This document shows positions 47,001 to 60,949 of a stretch of 64,000 nucleotides of DNA, in pieces (position 1 is the first letter of the stretch; each line of letters begins with the position of its first letter). The DNA lies in assembly GCA_050273025.1 (NCBI GenBank), contig CP158635.1, positions 14,694,001-14,758,000 on the forward strand. Direction: 5' to 3'. The stretch is from Cenococcum geophilum (Eukaryota). Position numbers and translations under genes: made by a program. The notes under the pieces were generated by a model. The model made no database searches and was not told the DNA's origin. It was given only the letters and a program-made list of their open reading frames with translations.

Positions 47001-47890
47001 TCTACTACGCGGCCTACTAGCTCCTCCCCCTAGCACTATATATCTCCTTATAATACTAAACTACTAGAAAATAGGGCTAATAACAGTTATAATTATATTC
47101 TAGACGATCTTATAAATAGCTTAGCTAAAGAAAGCAATAATAAGGACGGTAAGAATGTTATAGATAAAGGTAAGGCTAAGAACTATAGTAACGGAAGTGA
47201 CGATAATAATAATACGGATAATAACAACTCTAGGGACGGTAATAGTAGTAATAGCGACGAGGGTAATAAGGCCTATAAGTGTGTAGGGCGATAAGGATTG
47301 CCAACCCCTATTACTAGTTAATTAAAAATAAAGTGTGCTATAAAGCATTATCTCTAGCGGTCTCACTATTCCCCTTTAATTTTATTTACGTATATATCTA
47401 ACTAAAGCACTACGCTTACTAGCAATTATTATAAGTAGGTTATATTCTCTATATATAATCGCCTCTATACCTAAAAACCGCTGCTAAGCCCTACCTTTAG
47501 CTCTAACTCTAATAAAGCAATACTAGGAGCCGCCTTAAATGCTAATTTAGAAGAAATTTTAATTTAAGTAGCTTTTAGGCGCTAGAAAGACGGGTTATAT
47601 ATACTAAGTATCCTTCCTTAATAACTCCCTTTACCTTTTAACCTAGTTAAGCAGCCCTAGGAGTTAAAGCCCTAAAAGCTAAAGTCTAGAATAAAATTTA
47701 CTAAAGAAGAAAACGCGCTGCTTATTAAATTAAAGGAGGGATATAATCTTTTATAGGAATAGATTAAAGACAGCTTTCTAAAGAGAAGTCTTAGATTACT
47801 ATAAGCGTATTATTATTTAAAATTAAAGGCCTGACCTACTGTGTAGAAGAAAAGGGGCCGGCCTGCTAGGTAGAAGAGACGGCAGTAATT
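44080..47890 (+). pseudogene. RIP-degraded region: diverged inverted copy of the hAT 5' part, then acidic low-complexity coding sequence and a Myb/SANT domain
   Basis: 44090-44340 mirrors 43660-43895, and 45545-45685 mirrors 42355-42490. 47695-47830 reads KFTKEENALLIKLKEGYNLL*E*IKDSFLKRSLRLL*AYYYLKLK (Myb-like). Confidence 0.55.
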
Positions 47891-48017
47891 ATAGTGCCCT
47901 TCTTTTTGGCTTAGAGATCTCTTTTTAGCTTTAGGTTCTACTTCTAGCTTATTCTATTTATGGCGTATTTTATATTATATAAGGGCTGCATAAAAAGGTC
48001 CATAAGAGCTTTTTAGT

Positions 48018-51000
48018 GACTTATATATTATACTTATAAAAGGAGCTCTTGCTGCACCCGGCCTAAAAAGACCAAAACCAACCAAAAAGAACCCTAAAAA
48101 ACACCTAAAGAATCCCCCTAAGATGCATACATCGCAGGGGAGGCACACATTGACCGACGGTGGCTCGCACTCGCGCGCAACCGCTAGATCTACGCCTAAC
48201 AACGGCCCTTTATAATAAAGACGGGCGAATACTACACTATAAAGCGGAAACACCTCTATTAAAAAGGCATTTAACAAAATATAAAGCCTACTGGACGCGT
48301 CTAGTATCCAAAATTATGGGGGAGTAACTATTAGCTATAACGAACTAATATAGCTAGTAGAATGGCTCCGCTAGTCTAGTAAACCTTAGGCGCCCCTCTA
48401 GCAAACCCTTAATTAAATCCTTTAACGGCTAAGCAAAATTAAAAATAAATAAAAACCCCCTTTACCGGCGAACTGCACCTAGGCCGCTATAGCCGCGCTT
48501 CTACAGTATAGGGAACTTACCCCCCTTAAGATAATAACTGGGTATATAATTATAATATAACTAAATATAGAAAAAGTAGAGGGGCTTAGGGGATAATTAG
48601 AAATAGAAGTCCTTATAGAGATTCGCAAAGAGGTCTATAATATAGTTATAGTCTAACACCTTAGGAGCGAAGATATTAGAGTTACCCTAAAGGACTAATA
48701 GGTAAAGGAATAAGCTATAAGGGTAGGGGATAGGCTAGGAGAATATATTGGCATAAAAGTGCTCCGTAAAGACTACCTAGTTAAAGTCCTAGTGGTTCCT
48801 ATAAGCCTTAAGGTAGAAAAGGGACGCTAGGCGGATAATACAGCAACTATATAGGAGATAGTAAAACATATAGAACGCCTTATACTAGGCCTTGAGATTA
48901 CCTAAATCTAATGGCTTTAATAGGAAAATGCAAACTAAGCAAATAATAAGAATAATAAGAGGATATAAGGGTTGCCAGAGACTCGCTAGGGAGACGCTGG
49001 TCGAATATATAGCTCCCTTATCGTTAGCACACATATACCAGGAATGCAAAAACTCCTTATCTAAAAAGGAATAATTATAAATGGCCTTATATACAACGCA
49101 AGGCTCTATAACCACAGACTACGCCTAGAATAATGCTACTATTATATATAATAGGGACACACCTAATCCACATACGCAGTATAGGTGTGCTGCGGCCACT
49201 GTACAGGCCCCTATAATATAAGACACTGCTTAAATTAAGACTAAATAAAATACGTAAACTGCTACCGAAGCATATATAAGGTATAGGAGAGAGAAGACTG
49301 TATTAAATACAGGAGGCAGAAGGTAAGGGCTTAACAGCTGCGGGAATAACTGTACGCTAGGTTATATAAATAGAAACAATAGGCGATAAGCTAAGGGGAC
49401 GCAGATGCCTTCCTAGCGTTTCCTACCTTTAGTACTAAGGGGCTAGGCCAGCTATTCTAAGCCTTAACGGGCTAGAAGCGGCGCCGCGTAATATTACCAG
49501 ACTGTATAGGGATATAAGGGTTATAGGGGACATAAGGGAGAGGACGCCTAGTAGGAAGACCCCTATAAACAGCTATAGCAAGCTTAAGACCAGGATAATT
49601 AAGAATTAGATTTAACGCGGCAAATATAATATTTACAGCCAACCTATAAAGGGCGTATAGCCAGCTAGTAAGAACAGGGGAGGAACCGGAGATAATAACA
49701 GATTTAGATATAAAAGCGCTAGTAGGAACATAAGATACGGGAATAAAAAGCTCTATATAAAATAAGTAGTAACTAGGGTATAAACACAAGAGATAGAAGT
49801 TTTAAATATCCTGGAGAAAGTAGAAATAGAAGAAGCGAGGAATAAAGGAGAGGCGAAGGACCCTCGCCGGGGGTCCGCCACCTATCCATTATATAGTATA
49901 ACTGCGGCAATATAAACCACCGTCTTATAAGGCCTTTACTAGACAGTCTAGACCTAGAGAAACACTATATCCTTGCTATATAAGAGCCGTACTATAATAC
50001 CTATATATAATCGATATACTGCCCCTAAGGATTCCAGCTCCTATATAAACTAAAAGCAGCTATACACGTATGCTTTATAATTAGTAAGGCTATTAGCCTA
50101 TTCTTATAGTTATAGCAGGCAGTTAACCTAGATATTATAGTTATAATAATCTAGATATATAGGGGACCGGTATAAATTATTAATGTATATAACCCTAGGG
50201 TTAAAGGGGTCCTATAAACAGAGAATATTATATTAATAATAAGCTTGCTAAAAACCGAAGGTATAGAGTCTATCCTATTAGGAGATATAAACCTCTATTA
50301 CCCGTGGTGGGGGGGTATCTATATTACTGCTAATTAATAGGTAGAGTGCCTACTAAGAGCTATAGACACCTAGGGCCTTAAGTTAGCTACCCCCCTAGGA
50401 GCAACTATATGGTAATAAGGAACCTCCAGAAGTATAATTGACCTTATATTTATAGACGAAGGCCTATACTAGAGACTTAAAAGGTATAACCCTAAAGAAG
50501 AATAGGTACTCGCTTTAGACTATATCCCCATCTAGATATAGCTAGATTTGGATATTAAGGCGTAACTAAGTAGTAAAAGATACGTAATAAGGAAGCTTAA
50601 GACAAATAGTTTCCTTAATATAGTTAAATAACAACTCTAAGACCTAGAAGAAATCCACCCAATTCTAAATAAGTAAGGCTTATTAGCTACCCCTAAGGAA
50701 ATTAACTAAAGACTAGAAAGGATCTAGGCAGCGATTAAAAATGGGCTAGAAGAGCACTGCCTGGTCTTAAAACTGGGCCCCTATACGTGATATACATAGT
50801 CCGTATAATACGCGGTTCTTATTACTAGCTAATAACAAGCAAGAAGGAAATATATAAGCAGCTATAACCCTAAAGACGAGAGATAATATAAAGACATAAG
50901 AAACTAGTTAAAGAATACCCTAAAGAAAGAAGTAAGGAATAACTAGAGACGGTTTATAAACGAGCATACTTCTAACCTAAGCCTCCCCTATAATAAGAGC

Positions 51001-53580
51001 CTTTGGGCTATAGCAAAATAGGTAAAAAAAAAAGTAAGGCGCCTAGCAGAAGACCTATACCTACTACCCCTATAAAGAGTAGGGGAATTATAGGCTACTA
51101 ATAATAATAATAAGAAGGTAAAGATCCTTATAAAGAGGTTCTTCTTTTAACCGGCTCCGGTAGACCTTAGTAATATTACGGGTAAAATACCGGTGACTCG
51201 CCTAAGGGTCGACAGCGATATAACAATAGAGGAAATGGCCAGAACTATTAGCCACCTTTTAAATAATATAGTACTAGGACCAGATAGGATTCTAAATAAG
51301 GCCTTAAAAACCTATGGACTACTTATAGCACCCTAGCTTATAGATATAGCTAGGGCATACTTTACTATAGGCTACTACCCGCGATTTGGAAGATCTATAA
51401 CAACGGTTATTTTATAGAAAGAAGGTAAAGCAGATTACTTAATCCTAGAAAGCTACCACTCTATTGCCTTAGAAAACACCCTTAGCAAGATCTTAGAAAA
51501 GGTAATAGCGGACCGCATAGCAGATATGGCTAAGGAATATAACCTACTACTATAAAGCTAAATGGGGGCAAGAAAGAACCGCTTAATACTATTAGCACTT
51601 ACGCTACTTGCTGCCACTATTAAATCCACATAGGCGATGCGAAGAGACTTTATAGTATTAATGCTTAGCCTAGATATTAGCGGCGCCTATAATAACGTAC
51701 CTTACGAGCGTCTCCTATATATTTTTAGGGTAAAAGGCTTCCTAGAATAGATTATATAATTTGTTTAAGGGTTTATAGGTTAGAAAGAAATATTACTAGT
51801 CTTTAGTAGATACTAGAGCCCCCCTATTATAGTTGCAATAGGAATACTATAAGGATTACCCCTCTCGCCTATACTCTTCCTTTTCTTTATAAGCAACCTA
51901 CTTAACTCCTTTAAGGAAGGGGCGACCTAGGGGATAGGCTTTATTAATAATATAAACCTAATTATATACGGGCTAATAGCCGCAGAGAATTGTAGAACAC
52001 TAGAGAAAGCTTATAACACCTATATAGAATAGGCAAGATAATATAAAGTCCAATTCTCACCAGAGAAATACCAGCTAATCTACTTTATAAGAAAATATAA
52101 CTAATCTGCAGATCTTTAGCATATAATTCGCATCTAAGGCTTTAGGGGTTAACTAGTTTAGAGCCTAAGGGTATTAGGAGTATAGGTAGATAGTAAGCTC
52201 CGGTGGAGCGTATATATAGCGTAAGCGGCCCGCAAGGGCTAAGTATAGTACATTATATTATCTAGGATCGTCAATTCTATATAGGGTCTATGCTTCTAGA
52301 GGTTACGCCTACTATATATAGCAGTTGTCCGGCCAACTATAACGTATAGGTCCAGTATTTGGGCTATTAGAGAATCTAAGAAAGGCCCCCCCAAATTACT
52401 CCTTAAACTACTCTAAAAGGTCTAAATAGCCTGCCTTTAAAGCATAATAGGCGGATATAAGCGAACGGCCACAGCACTGCTTAAAAAGGAAGCTAATATT
52501 CCCCCCCTATAACTATATATTAAAGCCGCTGCAATATAAAGGGCGTAAAATAAACTTAACTCTAATATTATAAAGTATATTAAGATACACCTAAATAAAC
52601 TATAGAGGGACCCTAGGGCGCCCTATAGGAGAATAAACCAACAACCCTAAAGTAGGGAAGATATATTAGAGAAACAGGTAAAGAAAATAGAAGAAGAATG
52701 GTACTGCTTTAGGGCCTAGGCCTATATAGAGGAGGAAGGGAGACATATAAGAGGCCAGTAAAGATAACAGCAAGAGAGAGAAAGGAGCTAAAGTAGAGTA
52801 TAAAAGAACGCTAGGAAACCATCTACCGTAATATAATACTGGCTAGACTAACGCTGAAGAGGTGTATAGGAGTTAAAGGTACAGAGGCTAACTAAAGCAA
52901 GAGGAACCTAAGCTGTAGTATAGTTAACGCTATAGGGGGTAAACACTCTAGGGCTCCGAGAAGGCCTAACGAAGGCAGAAAATACAATAGTAATACTTTT
53001 AAGAATAGGAATAATAGGACTAAAAGACTAGCTCTACTAGGTGGGTATCCTAGTAGGTAGCCTAAGATACAAATATAGCTGGCTAAGATAGACACTAAAA
53101 CACGTAATACTGTTATGCCCCTTACACACCAACTAAGAAGTAATGCTCTTAGTAGCTAGCACAGAGAACTATAATACACTACTCTTAATATAAAAAGGCC
53201 TTAAGGCGGTTACCTAGTAGCTTATTAGCCAAAATGTACTAAACTAGTTCTAGGTTATAAGGGAAATAGTAATAGAGGGTGGGGGGGTAAGCAACGGGCG
53301 CCCCCTAATGACTCTACAGTAGTAGAGTAAAGTTTACGATACTAGCGCGTCCGTAGGCTTGTTACGGCAGCAGTGGTTCCTAAGGAGGTTAAAAAGTAAG
53401 GTAGTAGAGCACTATAGGTGACTTATAGGCGCCTCGCAGGCGCCTTATAGGCGAGTCCTAAAAGGCGGGGAGATGGATTACGGGGTTTTCTCAAATAGAG
53501 TTTTCTCCCTACATATATATAAGGAGTAGTCCGCGTAGGCCTAATAGGGATCCGAATTGGACGTTAAGCAATGAATAATA
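48018..53580 (+). mobile_element. Full-length Tad1-like LINE (ORF1 with zinc knuckles; ORF2 APE endonuclease-RT-CCHC), RIP-inactivated
   Basis: 16-bp TSD ATAAGAGCTTTTTAGT at 48002-48017 and 53581-53596; (AAT)n tail; knuckles ~49130-49280; endonuclease LLGDINLYYPWWGG; RT motifs LSLDISGAYNNV, GIL*GLPLSPILFLFF and GFINN. Confidence 0.93.
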
Positions 53581-54969
53581 ATAAGAGCTTTTTAGTAGCT
53601 TTATGGCAGTAGGTCCTATAGAGATAAAAAGCCGGGGTTTATATTTAATAGTCCAATTATTTAAGTGCATTTTCTTAAGGCGGTATTGCTGTATATAGCC
53701 GTTTTTATCTAAATTTTGCTGCTAATATATCTATGTTATATATCTCTAATTAAAATAGAACCTTATAAGTTATAAGACTTATTATATTACTGGGCATTAC
53801 AGCACCTATAGCTATTTGTTTATATTACACCAAAGCTAAAATATAAATCCTCTTTTACTATTAACATACTTAAAAGAATTTATTAAGTTATAAACTTCTC
53901 TATACTTAAGATATGCTAATCTATTAGGATTACCGTAGAATATAAAGAGTGTTGGAAGAAACTAAGATATTCCTTAAAGGTAAATCGCAGAAGCATTAAG
54001 AATTCGCGTCGTTTAGAGCTTTAATAACCTCATTTTAAAGTTTATCGCGATATATAGTGCCTGAAATTCCCTAGCCAATAAGATTTTCACAGTTACAGCT
54101 AGGGGGTGGCACTATGATAAGGTCTATAAGTGTTAAAGTAGTAGTTAATATTAAATACAGAAAGGGCTTTAAAGGGGCGGTAAAATCCTAGTGTCTAGCT
54201 GACTAATCTATTATTTACCCTAGATTTTAGACGCTATTCTTAAACAAAATTAATGCCCTTCTTTTAGCATAGGGATCTCTTTCTAACTTTAGGTTTTACT
54301 GCTTAGCATTACCTTTGCGCTTATATTACTTATCTTAGCGTAATTATATTATTGGTATAGAAGATTTAAGAAGCTTCCTAAAAGTTTATTAGCAAAGCAC
54401 TGGAAACCATTTAAGGTAGCGGAGTAATATTGTTTAAATATTAAGTAAATACTATAGGACTAAGGTAACGAAATTTTATATAAGAGCTGTATATATGCAA
54501 TTATATTAATAAAGGTTCCGAATCTAAAGGGCTTTTAGAAAGGGCTCTAATACTTTTACTATAAGGTAATTAGTTTAAGCCTCTTTAGTTAATGTTATTG
54601 TTATCTTCTAAGGCTATATACCTTGGTATTATGCGCTTATAAAGGAGGGGAAGTTAATTTTAATATATTTAATAAGGTGTTATATAGGGGTGCTATAAAA
54701 GCTTAAGCCTTCTTAGTTATCGTCTATGGTAAGCAGCTATATGCAACTTAGTATCTCTTCTATTAGGATCGCTGGCACTATATAATTAGAGAGCAGGCTT
54801 CTATATCTTAATCACTAACGTATGGTATATTACTATCTTCTTACTGTTTGCTATTCCAGTTATTAATCCCAAGTTATTTACCATTGCTAACGGCTTCTTT
54901 AAACTAGAAAATCCGCAGAACTCCCTATACGTCGTTAGTAAGCGTTGTTGTAGCTATATATAAAATGTA

Positions 54970-55750
54970 TAGAGGAAGTATTGTCTCTTAATCTAAAGGA
55001 TAATAACTACCTCTACCGAATCTAAAGAGGCGTATAAATTATTTACGTCTTGGTTCTATATATAGATATTATACCTATAACTAATCAAACTAATAGCTTA
55101 AGGATACTTATAAAATTATACTCTTTCCTAGCCTAAAATAAATAGTAAAATACGCTTATAGTCTATAAGACGTCTTATAGGATTTTATGTCTGGTAGATA
55201 CCTTTAAACTACACTAGTTATATTAACTCCCTATTTCTATACGCTCCTATTAATACTATAATTTTTTAGGCCTTATTCTGGTTGGTTAGATTAGCAATAA
55301 AGTTTTATTTATAGGTGTGTAAGGGAAGATATACGTTTTAAAGATTACTAGATTTAGGTATAAGCTTAAAGCTCTTTATACAGAGATTAAGGCTTATAGT
55401 GTTCTTAAGATATATAGGTTTATATTTACGTCAAAGTTCTTAGGCTATATTTATAAAGAAATAAAAAGTTGGGTTATAGGCTTTTTAATAAAAGCCCTTA
55501 ATGGCTATTACCCAGATATAAAGGATCTAGAGATTTGCAAAGATGCTATACTATAGTTATATGCTATAGGAGTTGTCCATAGAGACCTAAATAAGTATAA
55601 TATCGTAATTAAAGGTAAGAAAGCGAAGTTTATAGATTTTAAGGCGGCTACTTTCCGGGATAATAAAAACTACGCGAAGTTAGAGCTAGAGAAAACTATT
55701 AAGCTTACTTAGAAGCTAGTAAACGCGTTAGGGGTAGGGGATTATAGAAT
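54970..55750 (+). pseudogene. RIP-degraded protein-kinase-like gene (limits approximate)
   Basis: KITRFRYKLKALYTEIKAYSVL...SKFLGYIYKE...LYAIGVVHRDLNKYNIVIKGKKAKFIDFKAA (catalytic loop HxDLNxxN and IDF motif). Confidence 0.75.
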
Positions 55751-58700
55751 ATAGCTAGAATATAGACCTTTTATTAGAGGACTGGCGAACTATAAACTCT
55801 TCGCCTTACTTAGCATATACTTATTACTTTCTTTATTTAACCTAATTAATACTAGTATAGGGAGCTTAGAATACTAGAGATATCTTTTTAATAGCCTATT
55901 ATTATTTGCTTATTGCTGGCTCTTATACCCTCTTTAGGTGTTATTAGTATTTATAGCCTATTCTTTAATATAATTATCTACTTCTTAAATACGCTCTATA
56001 TAAATATATCAATGTCTTTACATTTATATACTAAATTACATTGCTAGAATACCTCATATCCATTCCAGCGTAATTTAAACATTTAATAAATTTGCCGTCC
56101 TTAGAGTGTCCGTAAGAATATTAAATTTATTCCTACGTATATACAGAATAAGGTATAACTAGATGTACTTCTTATATTAGTTCTTAGTATAGAGTATTCT
56201 AAGGCTTATTTACTAATTGACTTTAATATCTGCTGTTCTTAGAAATAAGGAAAGCTAATTAGAAACTTATAGCTAACTAAATTTAATTAAGGGTAGTAAG
56301 CTGAAAAACTAGGAGGGTGGCTATAGTGACTTTGTTACCTAGAAGAACTATATAATAGGTAAAAAGACGTTTTTATAAATATTATTTCCTAATATAACCA
56401 TATAAAGGTACATAAAGGTGCGAGCTATATATTATCCTAATTAGCGCTGCTAATAGGACTAGTCTTTTTGGTGCTAGTTAGCGGTTAATATTTCTTATTA
56501 TATATTCTATTTCTGGCTTAATCTATTTATAGCGCATTTCCTAATATAAGGGCTATATGAGAAGGTCCGCAAGAGTATTACTTTTTTAAGGGCGGTGAGC
56601 AAAAGCTACTTATTACTACTTATAACACTATAAATAATAGAGAATGCAAGGCTGAAACTCTGTTTATAACTTAGCTAGCTAATTAAAATTATATAATACA
56701 GCTAAAACTAAGCGGTAGTACAAATAATATAAAGTCGGGCGTTAATAATTAATTAACTTATGTATATAATATAAAGGCGTATAAACTGGCTGCAGAAACT
56801 TAGTTTTTAGTTAATTTGCCTTATAAGTAAGAATAAGCTATAAGAATCCAATCCTTATAAAATATTTTATTGGCGGAGGGGCTATATATATTTAGTGACT
56901 CCAATATATAGCTAAAATGCGCGTTATAGTAGACGCCTTACCAGTTCTACTATTTGGCTAGTGGCCTAATTATATATATAATATTCTATACTAGAAAGCT
57001 TTAATAGTAGGGCAGGGTAAATCCGGCCATAGCTTAGCCTAAGAGGTAGCCGCTTGGTGATTCTTTTATATAAGCCTTTTTATTAGGCACCAATATCTAA
57101 GTAGCTATAAACCTATTAGCTACAGTAATACCTCTATTTTCCCTTATAAATTTTCTTTAACCCTACTTTACTAATTATTTATAGCGCAGTTCCGTAAAGC
57201 CGCTTTCTATTTAAGCCTATAATCTACCTCTTTTTATATTTCTTGCGTTTTACCTCTTCTAGTTATTTAGTAATTCTATTCTTGCTATTAAGGTAAATAT
57301 TAGCTTAGCTATTCTACCCTATATAGTATATGCCTAATTACTTATATCTTCTATAATAGTTGTGCTTTAATATATATATGCTTTATGGCCTTTTATTCTA
57401 AAACAAATTCCTAAATTAGCCGCTATTCCTCCTTAGATAGCTATTTATAATTAAGAACGCTTTATAAAAGATAATATTTGCTTAATATTTTACGTTTACA
57501 GAACACCTCTCCTTTATAGCCACTAGTCCTACTAACTTACGTAGTTGCACTTCTAGCTATATGGGTTATGTCCGCTAAGGCTAGAAATAAGGCGCTTAGT
57601 AGGGAATAGGAGGAGATTAGAGGTTATAAATTTGAGATAATAGAGGATATAACTATAATATTTAAAGGCAGATTATATATTATTAAAGACGGTAAAGGGA
57701 AGCTAGTTAAAGAATTAGGTATAAAAGATGGAGAAGTAATAAGAGGGGTTCTTACTAAGTATAAATGTTATATAATAAGGGCACGGATTAAGTTAGAGAA
57801 GAGGTAGTAATAAGTAGTAATCTAAAGTAATATATGCCATTTATTTATGGATAAGAGTTAATTTCTAGCTTCTTTTATAGCATTTCCCTAAAACTCTAGA
57901 GTATCTTAGTCCCCTAAACTAAATAAATTAAAGATATTTTATTTATTTTTATAGCCAATTCTAACTAACAAAAGAGCGCCTTTATTCTCCTTTAGCATGT
58001 ATATAAATAGGCAATTTATAACTACTAGTCCTCCGCTCTTCTTTTCCTTTCTCTATAAATTACTTATCTTTATCCTAGTATAAAATAGCTTAGGGAGATT
58101 TTTAATTATATAGCGCCTTATAAATAAGAAAGAAAAGTACTAGCCCTCCTCTAGCAATATTGGATTTCCTATTTAATGTTAACCATAAATATAACATCTT
58201 ATTAAAGGTTATTTTATAGACCTAGAGTTTGCTATAATTCCAACCGGGGACGCTTTAATAATGGTTTATCTGTAACTTAATAATACACTAGTATAAAGTG
58301 CTTAGAGGACTCTTAGAAAAGGCGTCTATTTTAAATAAGTATTAATATATTAAATTTAGGGAATAAGGTGTCCAACTATTGGTTTTAGGATTATTAGATA
58401 AGATTGTACTTTCCTTTTATAATAAATCTTACTTTAAGATATATAAGTAACAAATTAACAAGCACCTAAGACTTGTATACTAAGCGTTTTATAAGCGTTC
58501 TAAGGGATTAAAGCTTTAAAATGCCTCTCCGATAACTAAGAGTCTTAGGCTAACCCTAGTAATAGTTAATACTAAGCACTAATTATATAACTAATTAATT
58601 ATTACGCACCTAAGCCTAGGCCTTGGTCTCTAGTTAACTAAGTTTCTCTATTAGGTCTAGCTTATTAATTTAGCAACACTACTATAATTAGTTATACTCT

Positions 58701-60949
58701 CTCCTTAAATAGGGAATAGAGGTTTGCATACTTTTATCTTACTTATATTTTATAGATTAGAGCTTAATATACACTAATCTAGTTAGTATAATATTATATA
58801 TAAAAGAAGGGTTTATACTTTAAGGAAATAAGGCTTATATAAAACTAAGGTAACCATAGCTACTAGTAAAGCCCTATTCTACGGCTATTAACTTAAAGAA
58901 CTTTTTAGCTGTAGACCTTAAGTTTAGATAATATAGTTTATAGTTTTTAAGGCGAGTAAGGTACTCCACGATAATATCAAAGCTTATTTTAGCATATTCT
59001 ATTAGTGGGATAACTAATACCATAGCAAGAAAGACGTAATTATTTGTATTCTAAATATCTGTATATACGTAACAGGCTCGGGCCTTCCGCTATTTTATTA
59101 TATTTTAGCCACTAGGCTTCTTAATAGGCTCACCCTAAATAAAGTTAAAATGGGAGTTTTTTAAGAGTGCTTAATCGCCACGTATTATACCATTTATTTT
59201 TAATTACTTAACTTTCTTATTAATCTTAATAAGGAATCTATTAATTTCCGCATTAGAACTTAGTAGGGTTAACCAACCCGCCTTAGAAGTTGTGTATTAG
59301 TCTATAGTTAGGAGCGGATCTAGAATATTATAGCTAGTGACCCTCTTTATATAATAGAGTAAAATTTAATAAAGTAAAATGTAATATTAAATAAAGTGAG
59401 ATAGGTATAAGTAAAGTGAAGTTTTATATAGATCTAGTTCTAATTTTAGCGCCTATATATTAAAACATATTATATAGGGATTGGTTTAGCCAATAGGTAT
59501 ATAAGGAAGATCTTAACCATTAGGGCGTAGCTATATATTAGCTAATAGAACGTCTAGGGACTATATTATCTTACTACAGCCCATATTTTATTTTACTCCA
59601 CTTTATCTTATTTTAGCTAAGTTTTAGACTTTAATATACCTTTAAGCTTTATTGGTTCTAATATATATATACTCTCTTTACCCTAATCTAAAATATCCTA
59701 CTTAGATCCTATATATTAATTAGAGCTATTATATCTACCTTTTTTTATATTATATAAGGGAAAATAGAATAGTAATAAAGTAAGATAAAATGGGGTAAGA
59801 TGGAATGGAGTAAGATATAAAATTGGAATAAAGTAGAATAAAGTATAGTGAAATAGAGTGGAATGGAATAAGCTAAAGTAAGGCGAGCACTAATTAGTAT
59901 CTATTCTTCCTCCGCCTCTAATACTTCTTTATATCCTCTAAAACTGTCTACTTAGCTCCTGCGTATTAATTAGAACAGTTATATTATTTTTAACTATACC
60001 CTTAGTAATTAGAACTTATAACGCCTTACCTAACTTACTAGTATATATTTACTTTAGTTAAAAGAGTAATTAGCTTATTTAGTGTTAATCTTCTTTTATA
60101 ATATTATAGAATCTAAGCCGCGATCTATGGTATAAGCCATCTATTAAAGTCCTTCTATATACTACCTTTTATTAATCTAAGACGTATAGCTGGCCCCTAC
60201 GTATTAACTAAGACTAGGACTAAGATTCTAGTATAAAGTCCTGTACCTTAAGCCTATTACTTAGCTTATAGTATCTATATTAGTAGGATACTAGTATAAT
60301 CTAGCGCTCTAATGCTTGCAATTATAATTACGTATCTAAACCGCTAAATAATGTCTTAATAAGTAAGCCCCTCCCCATAGCTTTACTATGTAGAGCTTTT
60401 TACTATTAAAATAATGCCACTATATATCTAGCCTCTGCTAGGATGGATAAGGGAAAGGCCGCATAGCTAGGAGGGGTATAGTGGATATTTATAGCACAGC
60501 GGTAATAAACCGAAAGGTATAATATTGGGTGGATTTCCCTTTATAGACTAGTACTATTAACCTCCTCCAGCTACTTCTCTAATCTTATACTTTAAATTAG
60601 CTTTACCCTTTAGGCAATATATAGACTATATTAAAGACCCTAAATACTCCTCTAGGCAGCCCTACTCTATTACCAGCTTAGTAGCCCCTTATTATTTAGT
60701 ATACTCTATAATTCCTAAAGCTGCTAAAGGTAGCTATAGTAATAAACACTTCTAAGGCTACTAAGCCTTAAGCTATATATAGTTCCTAACCTTAAGAACT
60801 AAGAGCCTAAGCTTTAAAGGTAGAGTATAAAATAGTTAATAAAATGTATATCCCTACCAAACTAAAAGTGTAACCCTAGCTAATTTGCCGTATATAGCTA
60901 GGATAATATAACCTTAAAGTACAAGATAGTTAAATCCTCTATAGTACCT

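Noticed and set aside
59350..59885. Degenerate GGAAT/GTAAA-like pentamer tracts
   Set aside because: Short RIP-eroded simple repeats; not telomeric TTAGGG and no further structure supported.
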